From the NCBI GenBank assembly GCA_963668645.2, contig CAXXWC010000001.1, forward strand, positions 32,001 through 96,000: a DNA stretch of 64,000 bases. The letters run 5' to 3'. Made by a program: the position numbers and the translations under genes. Positions within the stretch are counted from its first letter, which is position 1. Each line of letters starts with the position of its first letter. Under the pieces are notes generated by a model, which ran no database searches, was not told the DNA's origin, and saw nothing but the letters and a program-made list of their open reading frames with translations. Positions 10,181 through 21,229 of this stretch are shown one piece after another. Origin of the DNA: Desulfobacterales bacterium (GTDB lineage: Bacteria > Desulfobacterota > Desulfobacteria > Desulfobacterales > UBA2174).

Positions 10181-11425
10181 ATGTTCGACTATCTGTTATC
10201 CGAAACGTCGCGCCGGTTGATCGACGAAGTGCGCGACCTGGTGCGCTGGGTGCCGCGGGAGATGATCCTGGCCATGGATCGCGATGAAATCCGGTTTCCA
10301 AAGGAATTTTTGCAGGAGGCGGGTCGGCGCAACCTCATGGGTTGCCGCTATCCGCGCCGGTGGGGCGGCCGCGATCTGGACTGGGTCAGCACCTGTGCCG
10401 TGATGGAAGAGGTCGGCACCCTGGGCTACATCTTCGCCTGTCTGTTCGGCGTCGGCGCCGAACTGGTCTGCGACGCCATCATCCTGCACGGCACGGACGA
10501 CCAGAAGGAGCGGTACGTCAGGCCCCTGCTTGGCGGCGAGATCTTTGCGGCCGAATGCCTCACCGAGCCGCGCGGGGGAAGCGATTTTTTCGGCACCACC
10601 ACCATGGCCGAGGACCGCGGCGACCATTTCGTGCTCAACGGCCAGAAGCGTTTCATCGTCGGGGCCGAGGGAGCCGACTTTTTTCTGGTTTACGCCCGCA
10701 CCGATGCCCAGGCCCCGGCTCACCAGGCCCTGACCTGTTTCATCGTCGACCGCGGCCCCGGGGTGGAAACCGCCTATCGCTACGGCCTGATGGGCTGCCG
10801 CGGCGGCGGGGCCGGCCGCATCGTTTTCCGGGACGTCAAGGTGCCGCGGGAAAACATCGTGGGACGGCTCAACGGGGCCAAGGCGGTCTTCGATACCATG
10901 ATGATACCCGAGCGGCTCGGAACGGCGGCCATGACCATCGGGGCGGCCCGTCCGGCCCTGGATGTGGCCACCGGCTACACCACCCGGCGCAAGGCCTTCG
11001 GCACCACCATCAACCAGTTCCAGGGGGTCAGCTTCCAGGTGGCCGAGGCGGCCATGCTCCTGGACGCATCCCGCGCGATGATCTACACCACGGCCCGGGC
11101 CGTGGACAGCGGCCAAAATCCTTACCGGGTTCGCCGCCTGGTCTCCGAGACCAAGAAATTCGTTACCGAATCCTGCCAGCGCGCGGCCCACAACAGCATG
11201 CAAGTGATGGGGGGAATCGGCTATACGGATGTTTTTCCGGTGGAAAGGATCGTGCGCGACCTGCGCCTGGCATCGATCTGGACCGGCACCAACGAAGTCA
11301 TGTCGATGATCTCGGCCCATGAATGGTACCGCGAGTACGCCATGCGCAAGGCCGGCCAGATGCCGCGCGACCACGAGGCGGACGCTGCTTCGGCCGATGC
11401 GGTGGACGAAAAGATCTACCAGTAG
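10181..11425 (+). CDS. Acyl-CoA dehydrogenase family protein
   Basis: LTEPRGGSD, LNGQKRFI, QVMGGIGY and IWTGTNEV motifs. Confidence 0.93.
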   Translation: MFDYLLSETSRRLIDEVRDLVRWVPREMILAMDRDEIRFPKEFLQEAGRRNLMGCRYPRRWGGRDLDWVSTCAVMEEVGTLGYIFACLFGVGAELVCDAIILHGTDDQKERYVRPLLGGEIFAAECLTEPRGGSDFFGTTTMAEDRGDHFVLNGQKRFIVGAEGADFFLVYARTDAQAPAHQALTCFIVDRGPGVETAYRYGLMGCRGGGAGRIVFRDVKVPRENIVGRLNGAKAVFDTMMIPERLGTAAMTIGAARPALDVATGYTTRRKAFGTTINQFQGVSFQVAEAAMLLDASRAMIYTTARAVDSGQNPYRVRRLVSETKKFVTESCQRAAHNSMQVMGGIGYTDVFPVERIVRDLRLASIWTGTNEVMSMISAHEWYREYAMRKAGQMPRDHEADAASADAVDEKIYQ

Positions 11426-11427
11426 CC

Positions 11428-12249
11428 GTGAACGTCGTTACACGCGAAAATTACGGCCCGGTGACGGCCTACAACCTCGGTTTCGGCCCCCTGGGGCCGC
11501 CGTGGATGACGGTGCGCTGCTACCGGCTGGGCGGCCTGCTCATCGATACGGGCCAGGCCCACCTGCGGCGCCGGGTGTTGTCCCTGCTCGCTTCCCGACC
11601 GCCGGGAGCCGTGGTCCTGACCCACCACCACGAGGATCACAGCGGCAATGCGGCGGCGATTCGAAAAAGCTTCGGCCCTCCGGTCTACGGCCATCCGCTG
11701 ACGGCTGTAAAGATGCGCAGCGCCTTTTCCATTCGTCCTTACCAGCATTATCTGTGGGGCCGGACCCAGCCCCTGGAGATACTCCCCCTGCCGGCCTTAC
11801 TGGAGGCGGCCGGCCGGCGTCTGACGCCGATCCATGCGCCGGGCCACAGCAAGGACCATACCGTCTATCTCGTAGCGGACGAAGGATGGCTCTTTTCCGG
11901 CGACCTGTTTCTCGGCGAACGGATCAAGTACTTTCGCTCGGACGAAGACTTCGCCGATCAGATCGCCTCACTGCGGCAGGTATTGGCCTTGGATTTCGAG
12001 GTCCTTTTTTGCGCCCACCGGCCGGTGCTGCACCAAGGCCGGGCCGCTCTGGGCCGCAAGCTGGCATTTTTGGAGGACTTGTACGGCAGGATTTCGGACT
12101 TGCACCGCCAGGGCCGCGGCGCCCGGGCCATCGTAAGGGCACTGGATCCGGGCCGCGACCTCACGGCGCGGGTTTTGACCCTCGGCAACGTGAGCTTCGG
12201 CTGGATGGTCCGTTCGGCCCTCAAGTCGATGGAGGACGGCGCTACTTGA
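11428..12249 (+). CDS. Metallo-beta-lactamase-fold hydrolase
   Basis: LIDTG, THHHEDHSG, PGHSKDH and FSGDL motifs; GTG start just after the upstream stop. Confidence 0.88.
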   Translation: MNVVTRENYGPVTAYNLGFGPLGPPWMTVRCYRLGGLLIDTGQAHLRRRVLSLLASRPPGAVVLTHHHEDHSGNAAAIRKSFGPPVYGHPLTAVKMRSAFSIRPYQHYLWGRTQPLEILPLPALLEAAGRRLTPIHAPGHSKDHTVYLVADEGWLFSGDLFLGERIKYFRSDEDFADQIASLRQVLALDFEVLFCAHRPVLHQGRAALGRKLAFLEDLYGRISDLHRQGRGARAIVRALDPGRDLTARVLTLGNVSFGWMVRSALKSMEDGAT

Positions 12250-12997
12250 TCCCCCGCTCGCGGCAAATCGCCTCGTAGGCTTCCTGGATCTCGCGGAACT
12301 TCTCCTCGGCAAAGCGGGTGAACTCCTCGGGCAGCCCTTTACCGGCGATCTTGTCGGGATGATACTCGTTCACCTTTCGGCGATACTGGTGTTTGATGGC
12401 CTCGTTGGATTCGTTCGGATCGACCCCCAGAATGGCGTAGTAGCGGTCCACGTCTTTCTGGTAGCGGGCCCTGAGGCGGCGCAGCTGCTCCGGGCTGAAT
12501 CCGAAAATCGAGGCCGCCTCCTGGATCAGGGCGTCCTCGGCCGGCAGAATGCGGCCGTCGGCCACCGCCACCCGCAGCAGGATGTCGAGCATCAAATCGA
12601 GCAGTTCGGCGCGGTGGTGGAAGCGGGCCCGGAACTGGCGCGCGAAATCGCCGAAGGACTCTGGGGCCTGCAAGGCGGTATTAAAAATGTTCATCCCGAT
12701 ACGCTGGCTGTCTGGATCCAGCCTGAGATCCTGCACCATGAAACGCCCCACCGAATCGATCTCGGCCTGGGTTACCGGACCGTCGGACTTGGCCATCTTG
12801 GCCAGCATGGAAAAGGTTGCCACGAAAAAGGTGAACTGGTCCGTATCGACGGTGGAAATGGTCCGATGATCTTCGATCTGGGCCGGGTGATTGTTGACGT
12901 CAAAGGCATGACCGAACGCCGCTCCGGCAATGGCCCCCAGCGGTCCACCGATGGCAAAACCGAGGGTCCCGCCCACGATCTTTCCCAATACTCCCAT
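12242..12997 (-). CDS. djlA: DjlA co-chaperone (TerB + J domain)
   Basis: N-terminal Gly-rich TM segment, AKSDG TerB-like region, J-domain HPD motif. Confidence 0.88.
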   Translation of the reverse strand: MGVLGKIVGGTLGFAIGGPLGAIAGAAFGHAFDVNNHPAQIEDHRTISTVDTDQFTFFVATFSMLAKMAKSDGPVTQAEIDSVGRFMVQDLRLDPDSQRIGMNIFNTALQAPESFGDFARQFRARFHHRAELLDLMLDILLRVAVADGRILPAEDALIQEAASIFGFSPEQLRRLRARYQKDVDRYYAILGVDPNESNEAIKHQYRRKVNEYHPDKIAGKGLPEEFTRFAEEKFREIQEAYEAICRERGIK

Positions 12998-13255
12998 AGA
13001 AAATCCTTTCCGCGCGCACCGGCGTGCCGTTTACTCAGGGTGCTGGTCTGCACGCTCCGTTACCGGAAGGCGACCGGCAGGGCGCCGTCCGGTTGCGAAA
13101 CGGTGGTTACTATAACGCAATTGCCCTCCAGTGCAACCGCCTTGTACTTCAAAAAAGTGTGCAAGGGTGGCCCGGTCCGGCCGCAAAGCGGCCCGGGACT
13201 GCTTCATGCTTTGTGCTGGTCATTTACCGGTGTGCCGGTGTAAAATCAACTCGCC

Positions 13256-14641
13256 ATGAAAGGAATCTCCCAGCGTATGAGCCCACCGGCGTCCTCCCCT
13301 TTTGCGGTCAACAACGTGCGGCGCTTCATCGCCTTTCGGGTAGCGTTCAACTGCCGCTTCTACTACCCGATTTTCACCGTCCTGTTCCTCGATTTCGGCC
13401 TGAGCATGGCCCAGTTCGCCATCCTCAACGCGGTCTGGGCCGCCACTATCGTGCTGGCCGAGGTGCCTTCCGGGGCATTGGCGGATATCGTCGGCCGGCG
13501 CCGCCTGCTGCGCTTTGCCGCCATCTCCATGCTGGTGGAAATGGCGATCCTCTGTTTTGCCCCCCGGGGCAACCCAACCTTGCTCTTCGGCCTTTTTCTG
13601 GTCAACCGGATCCTTAGCGGACTGGCCGAGGCAGCCGCCAGCGGTGCGGACGAGGCCATCGCCTACGACGCGCTTCAGGCCGCAGGCCTAGCGGACCGCT
13701 GGGGGCAGGTACTCGATGTGCAGATGCGGCTGCAATCGGCGGCCTTCATTTTCACCATGCTGGCCGGTGCGGCGGTGTACGATTCTCACCTGATGACCCG
13801 CCTGGCCGCGATTCTCGGCTTGGACCAAGGCTTTTCCCAGGTCCAAACCCTGCGCTTTCCCCTCTACCTGACCTTGGGCATGGCCCTGTGCACCCTGGCT
13901 GCTGTCTGGGGCCTGGATGAAGTCTGCCCCCGCACCGGGGCCGGTAAAGCCTGCCGGCCCCGGGCGGGCGTTTCTGCCGTGGAAGCCTTCCGGCTGACTT
14001 TGAACACCGGCGCCTGGATTTTCAGGACCCCCTTTGTCCTGGCGGTGATCGTTGTCGGTATGCTGTTGGATTCGATCCTGCGCATGGTCATCACCCTGGC
14101 CAGCCAGTACTACCGCATGGTGGCCCTGCCTGAATCGATGTTCGGGGTTCTCGGGGCCATGACCGCGGTGGCGGGTATCTTCATCCCCCGGCTGGCCCGG
14201 CGGGTTGCCGAAAGCCGGTCCCCGGCCTTCTGCCTGGGGTCCACCGCCGCCACGGCCCTGGCCGGACTGGCAGGCATGGCCTTCTTCTGGCCCTATCTGG
14301 GCCTGATCCCGGCCCTGGTGGTCTTTTCGGCCCTTTCCATGGTGGGTTTTTACGTAAGCTACTTCGTCAACCGCCGGACCTCGTCCGAGCGCCGGGCCAC
14401 GGTCCTCAGCTTCAAGGGCGTGGCCTACAACCTGGCTTACGGCCTGATCGGGATTGTTTATGCCGGGGTTCTGGAGGCCAAAAAGGCGGGTCTCCAAGCC
14501 GTTGCCGCATCACCCCAAGCCGTGGAAAACATCGTATTCCGGCAGACCTTCGGCTGGTTTCCTGTGGGGCTTGCCCTCGGGCTGGCACTGGTGGCGGCCG
14601 TGGTGGGAGGCTACCGCATTGTGTCGCAAGGGCGCCGATAA
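13256..14641 (+). CDS. MFS transporter
   Basis: EVPSGALADIVGRR motif A, SGADEA, RATVLS; multiple TM segments. Confidence 0.88.
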   Translation: MKGISQRMSPPASSPFAVNNVRRFIAFRVAFNCRFYYPIFTVLFLDFGLSMAQFAILNAVWAATIVLAEVPSGALADIVGRRRLLRFAAISMLVEMAILCFAPRGNPTLLFGLFLVNRILSGLAEAAASGADEAIAYDALQAAGLADRWGQVLDVQMRLQSAAFIFTMLAGAAVYDSHLMTRLAAILGLDQGFSQVQTLRFPLYLTLGMALCTLAAVWGLDEVCPRTGAGKACRPRAGVSAVEAFRLTLNTGAWIFRTPFVLAVIVVGMLLDSILRMVITLASQYYRMVALPESMFGVLGAMTAVAGIFIPRLARRVAESRSPAFCLGSTAATALAGLAGMAFFWPYLGLIPALVVFSALSMVGFYVSYFVNRRTSSERRATVLSFKGVAYNLAYGLIGIVYAGVLEAKKAGLQAVAASPQAVENIVFRQTFGWFPVGLALGLALVAAVVGGYRIVSQGRR

Positions 14642-14873
14642 CCTGAAAGACTTCTCCAAGCGAAGAATTATGCCCCCTATGATCCGGATCGATTCGAGCC
14701 TGAAAGCAACTGCTTCGATAACCCCGCCAAGCGCTGGGAAAGGGGTTTTTCAGGGTGACGTGGCCACCTGCCATACACCGCTGCCGTTTTTGACAAAGGC
14801 TTGGCCCCGGCGCATTCGGCAACTCAAACGATAGCTGCGGCAAAACAAATGGTGAGGTTTTGTGTCTCTGGAT

Positions 14874-15524
14874 TCACGCGTTTTCTTTCAATATCCGTTC
14901 AGCCTCCTGAACCGCTGAGATGGCGTCTTTGGCGTATCCGTCCGCGCCGTATTGACGGGCAATTTCCGCCGACAGCGGTGCACCTCCCACCATGACAAGG
15001 ACGTCCGGCTTTTCAGACTTGAGCATTGTGATCACCTTGGGCATTGCCATCATACTGGTGGTCATCAGCGCTGAAAGCGCAACCATGTCCGCTCCGGTGC
15101 TTCGCAGTGCTTCTACAAATCGCTCAAGCTTTACGTCTTTTCCAAGATCGCAAATTTCCCAGCCGGCCGCCTCGAACATGGTTTTCACCAGTGTCTTGCC
15201 GATGTCGTGGATGTCTCCTTCCACCACCCCCATGATGATTTTTCCAGTCGCCCTGTGAGCGCCGACTTTCACATGAGGCCGAAGTACTTCGAGCCCGGCG
15301 TACATGGCATCGGAGCATAAGAGCAGTTCGGGAACGAAATATTCTTGTTTTTCATATAAATTGCCCACCGCGTCCATGCCTGCGGCCAGCCCGCTCATAA
15401 TCGCATCATAGGCGTCGATACCGGTCGCAAGGGCCTTTTGGCAAAGGTCGGCGGTCTTTTCTTCCTCAAATTCCACCACCGAACATTTTATCTGTTGGAG
15501 CAAAGCCTCATTTTCTGCCGTCAT
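14874..15524 (-). CDS. Methyltransferase-cognate corrinoid protein (MtaC/MttC-like)
   Basis: Four-helix cap (YFVPELL), GDIHDIGK B12-binding motif, SALMTT, GGAP. Confidence 0.93.
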   Translation of the reverse strand: MTAENEALLQQIKCSVVEFEEEKTADLCQKALATGIDAYDAIMSGLAAGMDAVGNLYEKQEYFVPELLLCSDAMYAGLEVLRPHVKVGAHRATGKIIMGVVEGDIHDIGKTLVKTMFEAAGWEICDLGKDVKLERFVEALRSTGADMVALSALMTTSMMAMPKVITMLKSEKPDVLVMVGGAPLSAEIARQYGADGYAKDAISAVQEAERILKENA

Positions 15525-15589
15525 GATCTTCTCCGTGGGTTTTGGATCGAAAACGATATGTTCGAAACAGGCACGAAAATCAACGATGC

Positions 15590-16627
15590 CTATCGGCGCA
15601 GCAGTGTTTCTTTCGCAGCGGCGACCATGGCACGCATGTTTTCAGGCGGCACATTGCCACTCAGTCCGCAGCCTCCGCTGACCAGAAGGTGTCCGTCTTT
15701 GCCGCCCTTTGAAATCACCTGCCGGGTCGCTTCTTTTACCGCCTCGGGGCCACCGACGGCCATCAGCGAAGTGCTCACGTTTCCCATCAGACAGTATGAC
15801 GGCCCTAAAATCTTTCGGGCCAGTTCAAAATCGACCGCCTCATCCAGACTCAGACAGTCAACGCCGGTTTCTGCCATGCTCTCCAGCCGGTCCAGAGTAT
15901 CGCCGCAGATATGCAAAATGGTCTTGACGCCCCCTCTTTTGAGGATGTCCACAAGCCTCTTTACGTACGGCTGTCCCCACTTCATCCATTGCGGCTTGGA
16001 TATGGCACTGCCTGAGGAGGTCGGATCGGAGGTCAGGATGATATCTGCTCCGGCACTGATCACGGCAACCGCGTAAACCACGACACTATTGAAGCAAAGC
16101 GCCAAAAGCTCCTGCAATTTTTCTTTATTCTTAATCATGTCACGCATGATGTTTTCAGGACCGCGAAGCATCGCTGCATGCCGGAATGGGGCCTGGACAT
16201 ATCCGATGACGGGCACTTTGCCGGCAAAAAGCTCTTTTAGCCGCCTGATCTGCTCCAAGTAGGTGGACAGCCGCTTGTTGGTGTAGGGATCAAAAAGTCT
16301 CAGCTTCGGCAGATCCCGATCATAGTCTTGCACTGCATACGTTTCCACGTAGGGTTTCGCCCCTTTGGTGATTTTCAACCTTGATCCCATGGCCTCGGAT
16401 TCAGAATGGCGCGAACCGATGTCCCATACACAGTCATATCCGAACTGCACAGCACAGTAGCTTTGGGAGAAAACGTGTTTTTCGACATTAATGAGTTCAT
16501 CGGTAAACTCAATTCCCGCCTGAAGGCTGCACCACTCTGAAATGATTGGAACCACCGGGCTACGATCGGGCATTTGACCGTTCAATACGCCCATAACTCG
16601 GTCATACGAAGTCAGTTTCTCATCCAT
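15590..16627 (-). CDS. Uroporphyrinogen decarboxylase-fold methyltransferase (MtaA/CmuA-like)
   Basis: PDRSPV, ILHICG (HxC Zn motif), MGNVST and SGGC; adjacent to the corrinoid protein; start MDEKLTS after GGAG. Confidence 0.85.
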   Translation of the reverse strand: MDEKLTSYDRVMGVLNGQMPDRSPVVPIISEWCSLQAGIEFTDELINVEKHVFSQSYCAVQFGYDCVWDIGSRHSESEAMGSRLKITKGAKPYVETYAVQDYDRDLPKLRLFDPYTNKRLSTYLEQIRRLKELFAGKVPVIGYVQAPFRHAAMLRGPENIMRDMIKNKEKLQELLALCFNSVVVYAVAVISAGADIILTSDPTSSGSAISKPQWMKWGQPYVKRLVDILKRGGVKTILHICGDTLDRLESMAETGVDCLSLDEAVDFELARKILGPSYCLMGNVSTSLMAVGGPEAVKEATRQVISKGGKDGHLLVSGGCGLSGNVPPENMRAMVAAAKETLLRR

Positions 16628-16732
16628 TTCACTTACTCCCCGGTCTATCCGTTTTTGCACAACTTTATGTTTTCCTTCACTCATTTCGATACTCGGACAA
16701 GCTGCTTGCATCAAAATTTCATGCACCGACAC

Positions 16733-18745
16733 TTATGATGTTGCCGCGTTCTTCACGGCCTGCGTTTCGAATCTCACCTTCTTTTTCTGATACACTGCCA
16801 CGCCGATGCAAAGTACTAATCCAATCCCCGCTTTTATCGGACTGCAGGTAAAACACAAAAGGGCTCCAATAAAGGTTATACCCCGGGCTATCCAGTTCAG
16901 ATTTCCCAAAAAATACCCCATGGTACCTGCCGAAATCATGTAGGCACCGACCGAAGCCATAAAAAGTGAACTGATGACCTCTGTCCGGGTTCCAATGGAC
17001 AGAATCGAAAGATTGTAGATGAAGATAAACGGAAGAATATATTTCACGATACCTAAACGGATGGCGACCCAGGCTGTTTTAAGCCAATCGGCACGGGCAA
17101 TGCCGGCTGCAACGTACACTCCGGCGCATACCGGCGGTGTCAAAGCGGAAAGGATCGCATAGTAAAAAATGAACATATGACATGCAATCGGTTCGAATCC
17201 CATGGCAACTAAAGATGGGGCGATTACCGAAGCACCCAGAAGGTAGGCAGCGGGAGTCGGTATTCCCATCCCCATGACCATGGTGACCAGGCCGGCCAAA
17301 ACCAGAGCCATCACAATGTTGTCTCCGCTGATGCTGATCAGCAACTCTGAGATGTTCACGCCGATACCGGTAAGGCTGATCAAAGACACAATAATATTTG
17401 CACAAACGAGCAGCGGAACCACCTTCACCAGTGAAAGTCCGATATCATACATGCCGGAAATGAACTTGATTGCGCGTGCCTTGATGCCCTCGCGGTCGAA
17501 AGTGGAAAACGTGTAAAAAATTGCAAATGCAAATATGGCCCAGAATGCAGCGCTTTCAGGTGTTCTCCCCTTGAACATGAGGGTGAGTAGGATGATAATC
17601 GGTATAAAAAGCGGTAATGATCGCTCCGGCTTTATAATTTCCCTAAGGGGTTTGATCTTATCGCTCGGCATGCGGCCGATCTGGTTTTTCACGCTTTCAA
17701 AGTGGACGGCGGCAAGGATTGAAAGATAATATAAAAAAGCAGGTATAATAGCGCAAACGGCCACCTTGATGTAGGGCACCTCTAAAAGCTCGGCCATCAG
17801 AAAAGCCCCAGCGCCCATGATGGGTGGGGTGATCTGTCCGCCTGCCGAAGCGGTTGCTTCGACCCCTCCGGCAAATTCACTCCGGTAGCCAAGCTTTTTC
17901 ATCAACGGGATGGTAAAATTCCCTGTCGTTGCGACATTGGCAACCGCCGAACCGGACATCATCCCGAAAAATCCACTTGCCAAAACAGCGACTTTTGCTG
18001 CACCGCCATAAAATCGCCCTGTAAACCAGATGGCGATGTCAATAAACGTCTCGCCGACTCCGGTGCTTAACAGAAACCCGCCAAAAATGATAAAAATAGC
18101 CACCAGTGTGGAAGAGATTCCTGTGACGAAACCCCATAGTCCCTGATCACTCATATACATGACCTGGACGATATGAGATAGGCTGAATCCCCGGTGTCCC
18201 CAGTATTCCAGATAGCCACCAACGATCGGAATTTCAGTAATGTAGCTACCCATCAAGGCGTACAAAATGAAAAAAATCGTCATCAATGGAAACAGGATAC
18301 CCACCGTTCTTCGCCCCGCTTCCAGCGCCAGCAAAATACCGATGATTCCAAAAACCATGCTGACCGGAGTCGATTCGGCATGATGCTCCATGATCCAGTT
18401 ATAATGGACGATAATATAGCCGCAAACAAGCATGGAAAGACCCACGAGCGCGGCATCCAAAAAGGGCAAAAGCGGATGCTCCCGCTTTATGCCGCCAAGG
18501 GCGAAGGGCCTGACCAATGCAAAGGTAAGAAAAAGCGCAAACCCCACATGCACAGCCCGTTGCCTAAGGTTCGGTAGAGGGCCGGTAAAGGCCGTATAGA
18601 TATGAAACGCGACAAAGGCCACGGACACCAGGACCAGTAATATTTTCCAAGCTCCGGCCGGGCTACGTTGCTTTGCATCCTTTTCCGTTGATTCTGTTTC
18701 TTTATTTACTTTTTTCTCAGTCGCAGTTTCCATCGTCGCCTGCAT
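16733..18745 (-). CDS. TRAP transporter fused 4TM/12TM permease
   Basis: GGAAKVAV, SGSAVANV, ASAGGQITPPIMGAGAF, MGIPT and TPPV motifs. Confidence 0.93.
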   Translation of the reverse strand: MQATMETATEKKVNKETESTEKDAKQRSPAGAWKILLVLVSVAFVAFHIYTAFTGPLPNLRQRAVHVGFALFLTFALVRPFALGGIKREHPLLPFLDAALVGLSMLVCGYIIVHYNWIMEHHAESTPVSMVFGIIGILLALEAGRRTVGILFPLMTIFFILYALMGSYITEIPIVGGYLEYWGHRGFSLSHIVQVMYMSDQGLWGFVTGISSTLVAIFIIFGGFLLSTGVGETFIDIAIWFTGRFYGGAAKVAVLASGFFGMMSGSAVANVATTGNFTIPLMKKLGYRSEFAGGVEATASAGGQITPPIMGAGAFLMAELLEVPYIKVAVCAIIPAFLYYLSILAAVHFESVKNQIGRMPSDKIKPLREIIKPERSLPLFIPIIILLTLMFKGRTPESAAFWAIFAFAIFYTFSTFDREGIKARAIKFISGMYDIGLSLVKVVPLLVCANIIVSLISLTGIGVNISELLISISGDNIVMALVLAGLVTMVMGMGIPTPAAYLLGASVIAPSLVAMGFEPIACHMFIFYYAILSALTPPVCAGVYVAAGIARADWLKTAWVAIRLGIVKYILPFIFIYNLSILSIGTRTEVISSLFMASVGAYMISAGTMGYFLGNLNWIARGITFIGALLCFTCSPIKAGIGLVLCIGVAVYQKKKVRFETQAVKNAATS

Positions 18746-18847
18746 CGTTTCAGTCGCTTTCTATGCTGAAAGCTGCCCCGGTAACGACTGTACCGGAGCA
18801 GCGACTCTTTTGATAGCGAATACGCATCTGGACGCAGCCGCGATCAT

Positions 18848-19843
18848 CTATTTTGCCTCCGGCGGAACGATTTCCGACGGTATGGATTCTGCACCCAATT
18901 CCCGGTAGGCCTTCACGGCACCGGCATGGAGCGGAACCTTGCAAAGGGTTGTGGTGTCTTTTACGAAATCGACGAACTTACAGGCAGGAAATGCCACTGT
19001 CTGAAATTCACGTCCTTTCACAATGGCTTTCACAAACTGATACGCCTTTTCTTCGGGCAAGGTCTTCAAACATTCCACAACCGTAGGCATTCCCCAGCTA
19101 CTGTAGTCAGGCTGCTCTGGCATGGCCTTGATTTCACCCTTTTTAACGGTAATGATGGAGACGTAAGGCAGGGTTTGAGAAATTTTTACAATGTTTTTTT
19201 CACTTAGCGGAATAAGACAAACTTTAGTCAGCGTCATAATATCCAAAGTTGACGCATCGAGTTGTGTACCTATTCCGGTTTTCACATAGCCAACGATACG
19301 TCCATCTTTAAGTGCTTTGACCGCATCTGAAGTCCCGCCGATATGATAGTCCGGTTTGACCCCCAAAATTTCGAATATCTGTTTCGTAGTACTTTCGGTG
19401 GCAGAACCTCTGATTCCGGGATTGAACTTTTTGCCGTTCAAATCCTCCAGTTTTTCAACACCACTATCGGCTCGAACCACGATGTAATCGATGGTTTTCG
19501 CATATACCCACAAAATCCGAAGGTCCGGGTAAGGACTCTCCTTCCACCTGCCTAATCCTTTCCAGGCTTCGTACATGACCTTATGGCCGCCAATGCCCAA
19601 ATCGATTTGGCCGGCTCTCAGCCGCTTGAGATTATCGACACTGGCGCCGGTTTCCACCACGTTGACCTTAACGCCTTTTACGTAGGTGTTTATCGCTTTT
19701 GCAGCCCCAACTGAATAGGAGTAGTGACTCGATGAGGCAGAACTTGAACCAAGCATCAGGTAATCAGTTTTTGCAATTGAAATGCCAGGTGAAACCATCA
19801 TCATGGCAACAACTAGAAGAATAGCTTTCCATCGGTTCCGCAT
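18848..19843 (-). CDS. TAXI-family TRAP solute-binding protein
   Basis: Signal peptide, TGASVDNL, DLNGK, GSAT and VPLHAGA motifs. Confidence 0.9.
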   Translation of the reverse strand: MRNRWKAILLVVAMMMVSPGISIAKTDYLMLGSSSASSSHYSYSVGAAKAINTYVKGVKVNVVETGASVDNLKRLRAGQIDLGIGGHKVMYEAWKGLGRWKESPYPDLRILWVYAKTIDYIVVRADSGVEKLEDLNGKKFNPGIRGSATESTTKQIFEILGVKPDYHIGGTSDAVKALKDGRIVGYVKTGIGTQLDASTLDIMTLTKVCLIPLSEKNIVKISQTLPYVSIITVKKGEIKAMPEQPDYSSWGMPTVVECLKTLPEEKAYQFVKAIVKGREFQTVAFPACKFVDFVKDTTTLCKVPLHAGAVKAYRELGAESIPSEIVPPEAK

Positions 19844-19956
19844 CACTCCAACCTCCTTGGTCAAAAAACGTGAATGATTGTGGTACGAATTACAGCCGAT
19901 TTTTCGCGTACTAACAAAATTTACTCCGGCCGATAGCAACTCGTTTTGAGCTCTTT

Positions 19957-21180
19957 TCATACAATCATCATCTTTGACGAAAATCGGTTTAGAATTTCGT
20001 GACCTTTTTCGTTTACCAATACCATGTCGCCAAGCGCTGCTGCAGCTTTTTCAGGAACAAACAGGTTCGGATGCAGCTCGAAAAGCATTCCGGTCTGCAC
20101 CAAAATTTCGTCTTCGGCCGAAGCCGGGTTACCGCTTTTAGACAGATCCTTTTGCTTGCTGTAAGGGTTCGGAAAAATATTCGATAAAACCGGATCTGAA
20201 TAATCCAGCCCCAGGCCATGGCCGGCCTTTAACCGGTACCAGTCTTTTCCGATGTAGTTCGGATAATGCCTGCATGCGACTCTTTCAGATGCTTTCCAAA
20301 TATCGCTCACTTTATTTCCCGGCGCGACCTGCGCAAGTGCGGCTTCGTGCATTTGCGCCACGACATCAAACACGGACCGCTGTTCCAGACTCGGCGGCCC
20401 TACTGTCCCGGTTCGAATCGCGTGGCCCCAGTGGCCTTGGTACATGATGAAAAGAGATAGAAGATATTGGTCTCCCGGTGCAGGATTGCGATTGCATTCT
20501 TTTAAATAGTACCGCGGTCGATCGACAACCGGTCCGATGCTAAAAAAAGTCGATGCATATTCGCATCCCGCATATCTTGCAACATGTTCAATGTCTGCCT
20601 GAATTTTATAACCGGCCTTTGCCTTTTCAGTTTTCAAGATATGCTCGAAAGCTTCGAACATATCATCGCAGATTTTTGCCGCACGACGGTGAAGATCTAT
20701 GGCGCCCTTATCTTTTATCATACGCAGCGGATCGATCAGATGACGTGCATCCACCAAATCGATTCCGATCAGACCGTGGATAATAGTGTCGTAAACCTTG
20801 AAAGGTGTCTCGTCCTGTCCGATATAGCCGACCTTGTCTTTTGAACGGAGAATCGGTTTTAGAATCGAAGCGATCTCATTGCCGAATTCAAGGACCGGTA
20901 CGGCCCGTATATCATTGAACCACAAAATCTCTTTGGCAAATAGTTGTGGAGACCGTGCAGGGACGAGAAGAGTCGGTTCCCGACCGGGAATCAGAATCAA
21001 GGCGGCAAATCGATTCAATGGATCCCAGTCGCAAAGATATCGAAGATAGCCGTGAGTGGTACTTGCAAATCCGATGCTACTTCCGGAAGAAAACACCACA
21101 AGGGCTTCAAGCCTTTCACTTTCTACCATTTTCAATACTGTTTCAATGCGTTGTTTAAATATTGGCATGGTCACTTTCAT
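19957..21180 (-). CDS. M24-fold (creatinase/Xaa-Pro peptidase-like) hydrolase with non-canonical active site
   Basis: Creatinase-like N-terminal domain (LRYLC), LRMIK, GHGLGL and DMVLV; metal-ligand positions are substituted. Confidence 0.8.
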   Translation of the reverse strand: MKVTMPIFKQRIETVLKMVESERLEALVVFSSGSSIGFASTTHGYLRYLCDWDPLNRFAALILIPGREPTLLVPARSPQLFAKEILWFNDIRAVPVLEFGNEIASILKPILRSKDKVGYIGQDETPFKVYDTIIHGLIGIDLVDARHLIDPLRMIKDKGAIDLHRRAAKICDDMFEAFEHILKTEKAKAGYKIQADIEHVARYAGCEYASTFFSIGPVVDRPRYYLKECNRNPAPGDQYLLSLFIMYQGHWGHAIRTGTVGPPSLEQRSVFDVVAQMHEAALAQVAPGNKVSDIWKASERVACRHYPNYIGKDWYRLKAGHGLGLDYSDPVLSNIFPNPYSKQKDLSKSGNPASAEDEILVQTGMLFELHPNLFVPEKAAAALGDMVLVNEKGHEILNRFSSKMMIV

Positions 21181-21229
21181 TGTATTTTACCTTTTTAATA
21201 TTGAAAACCATGACGGAGCCCCCAAATTT

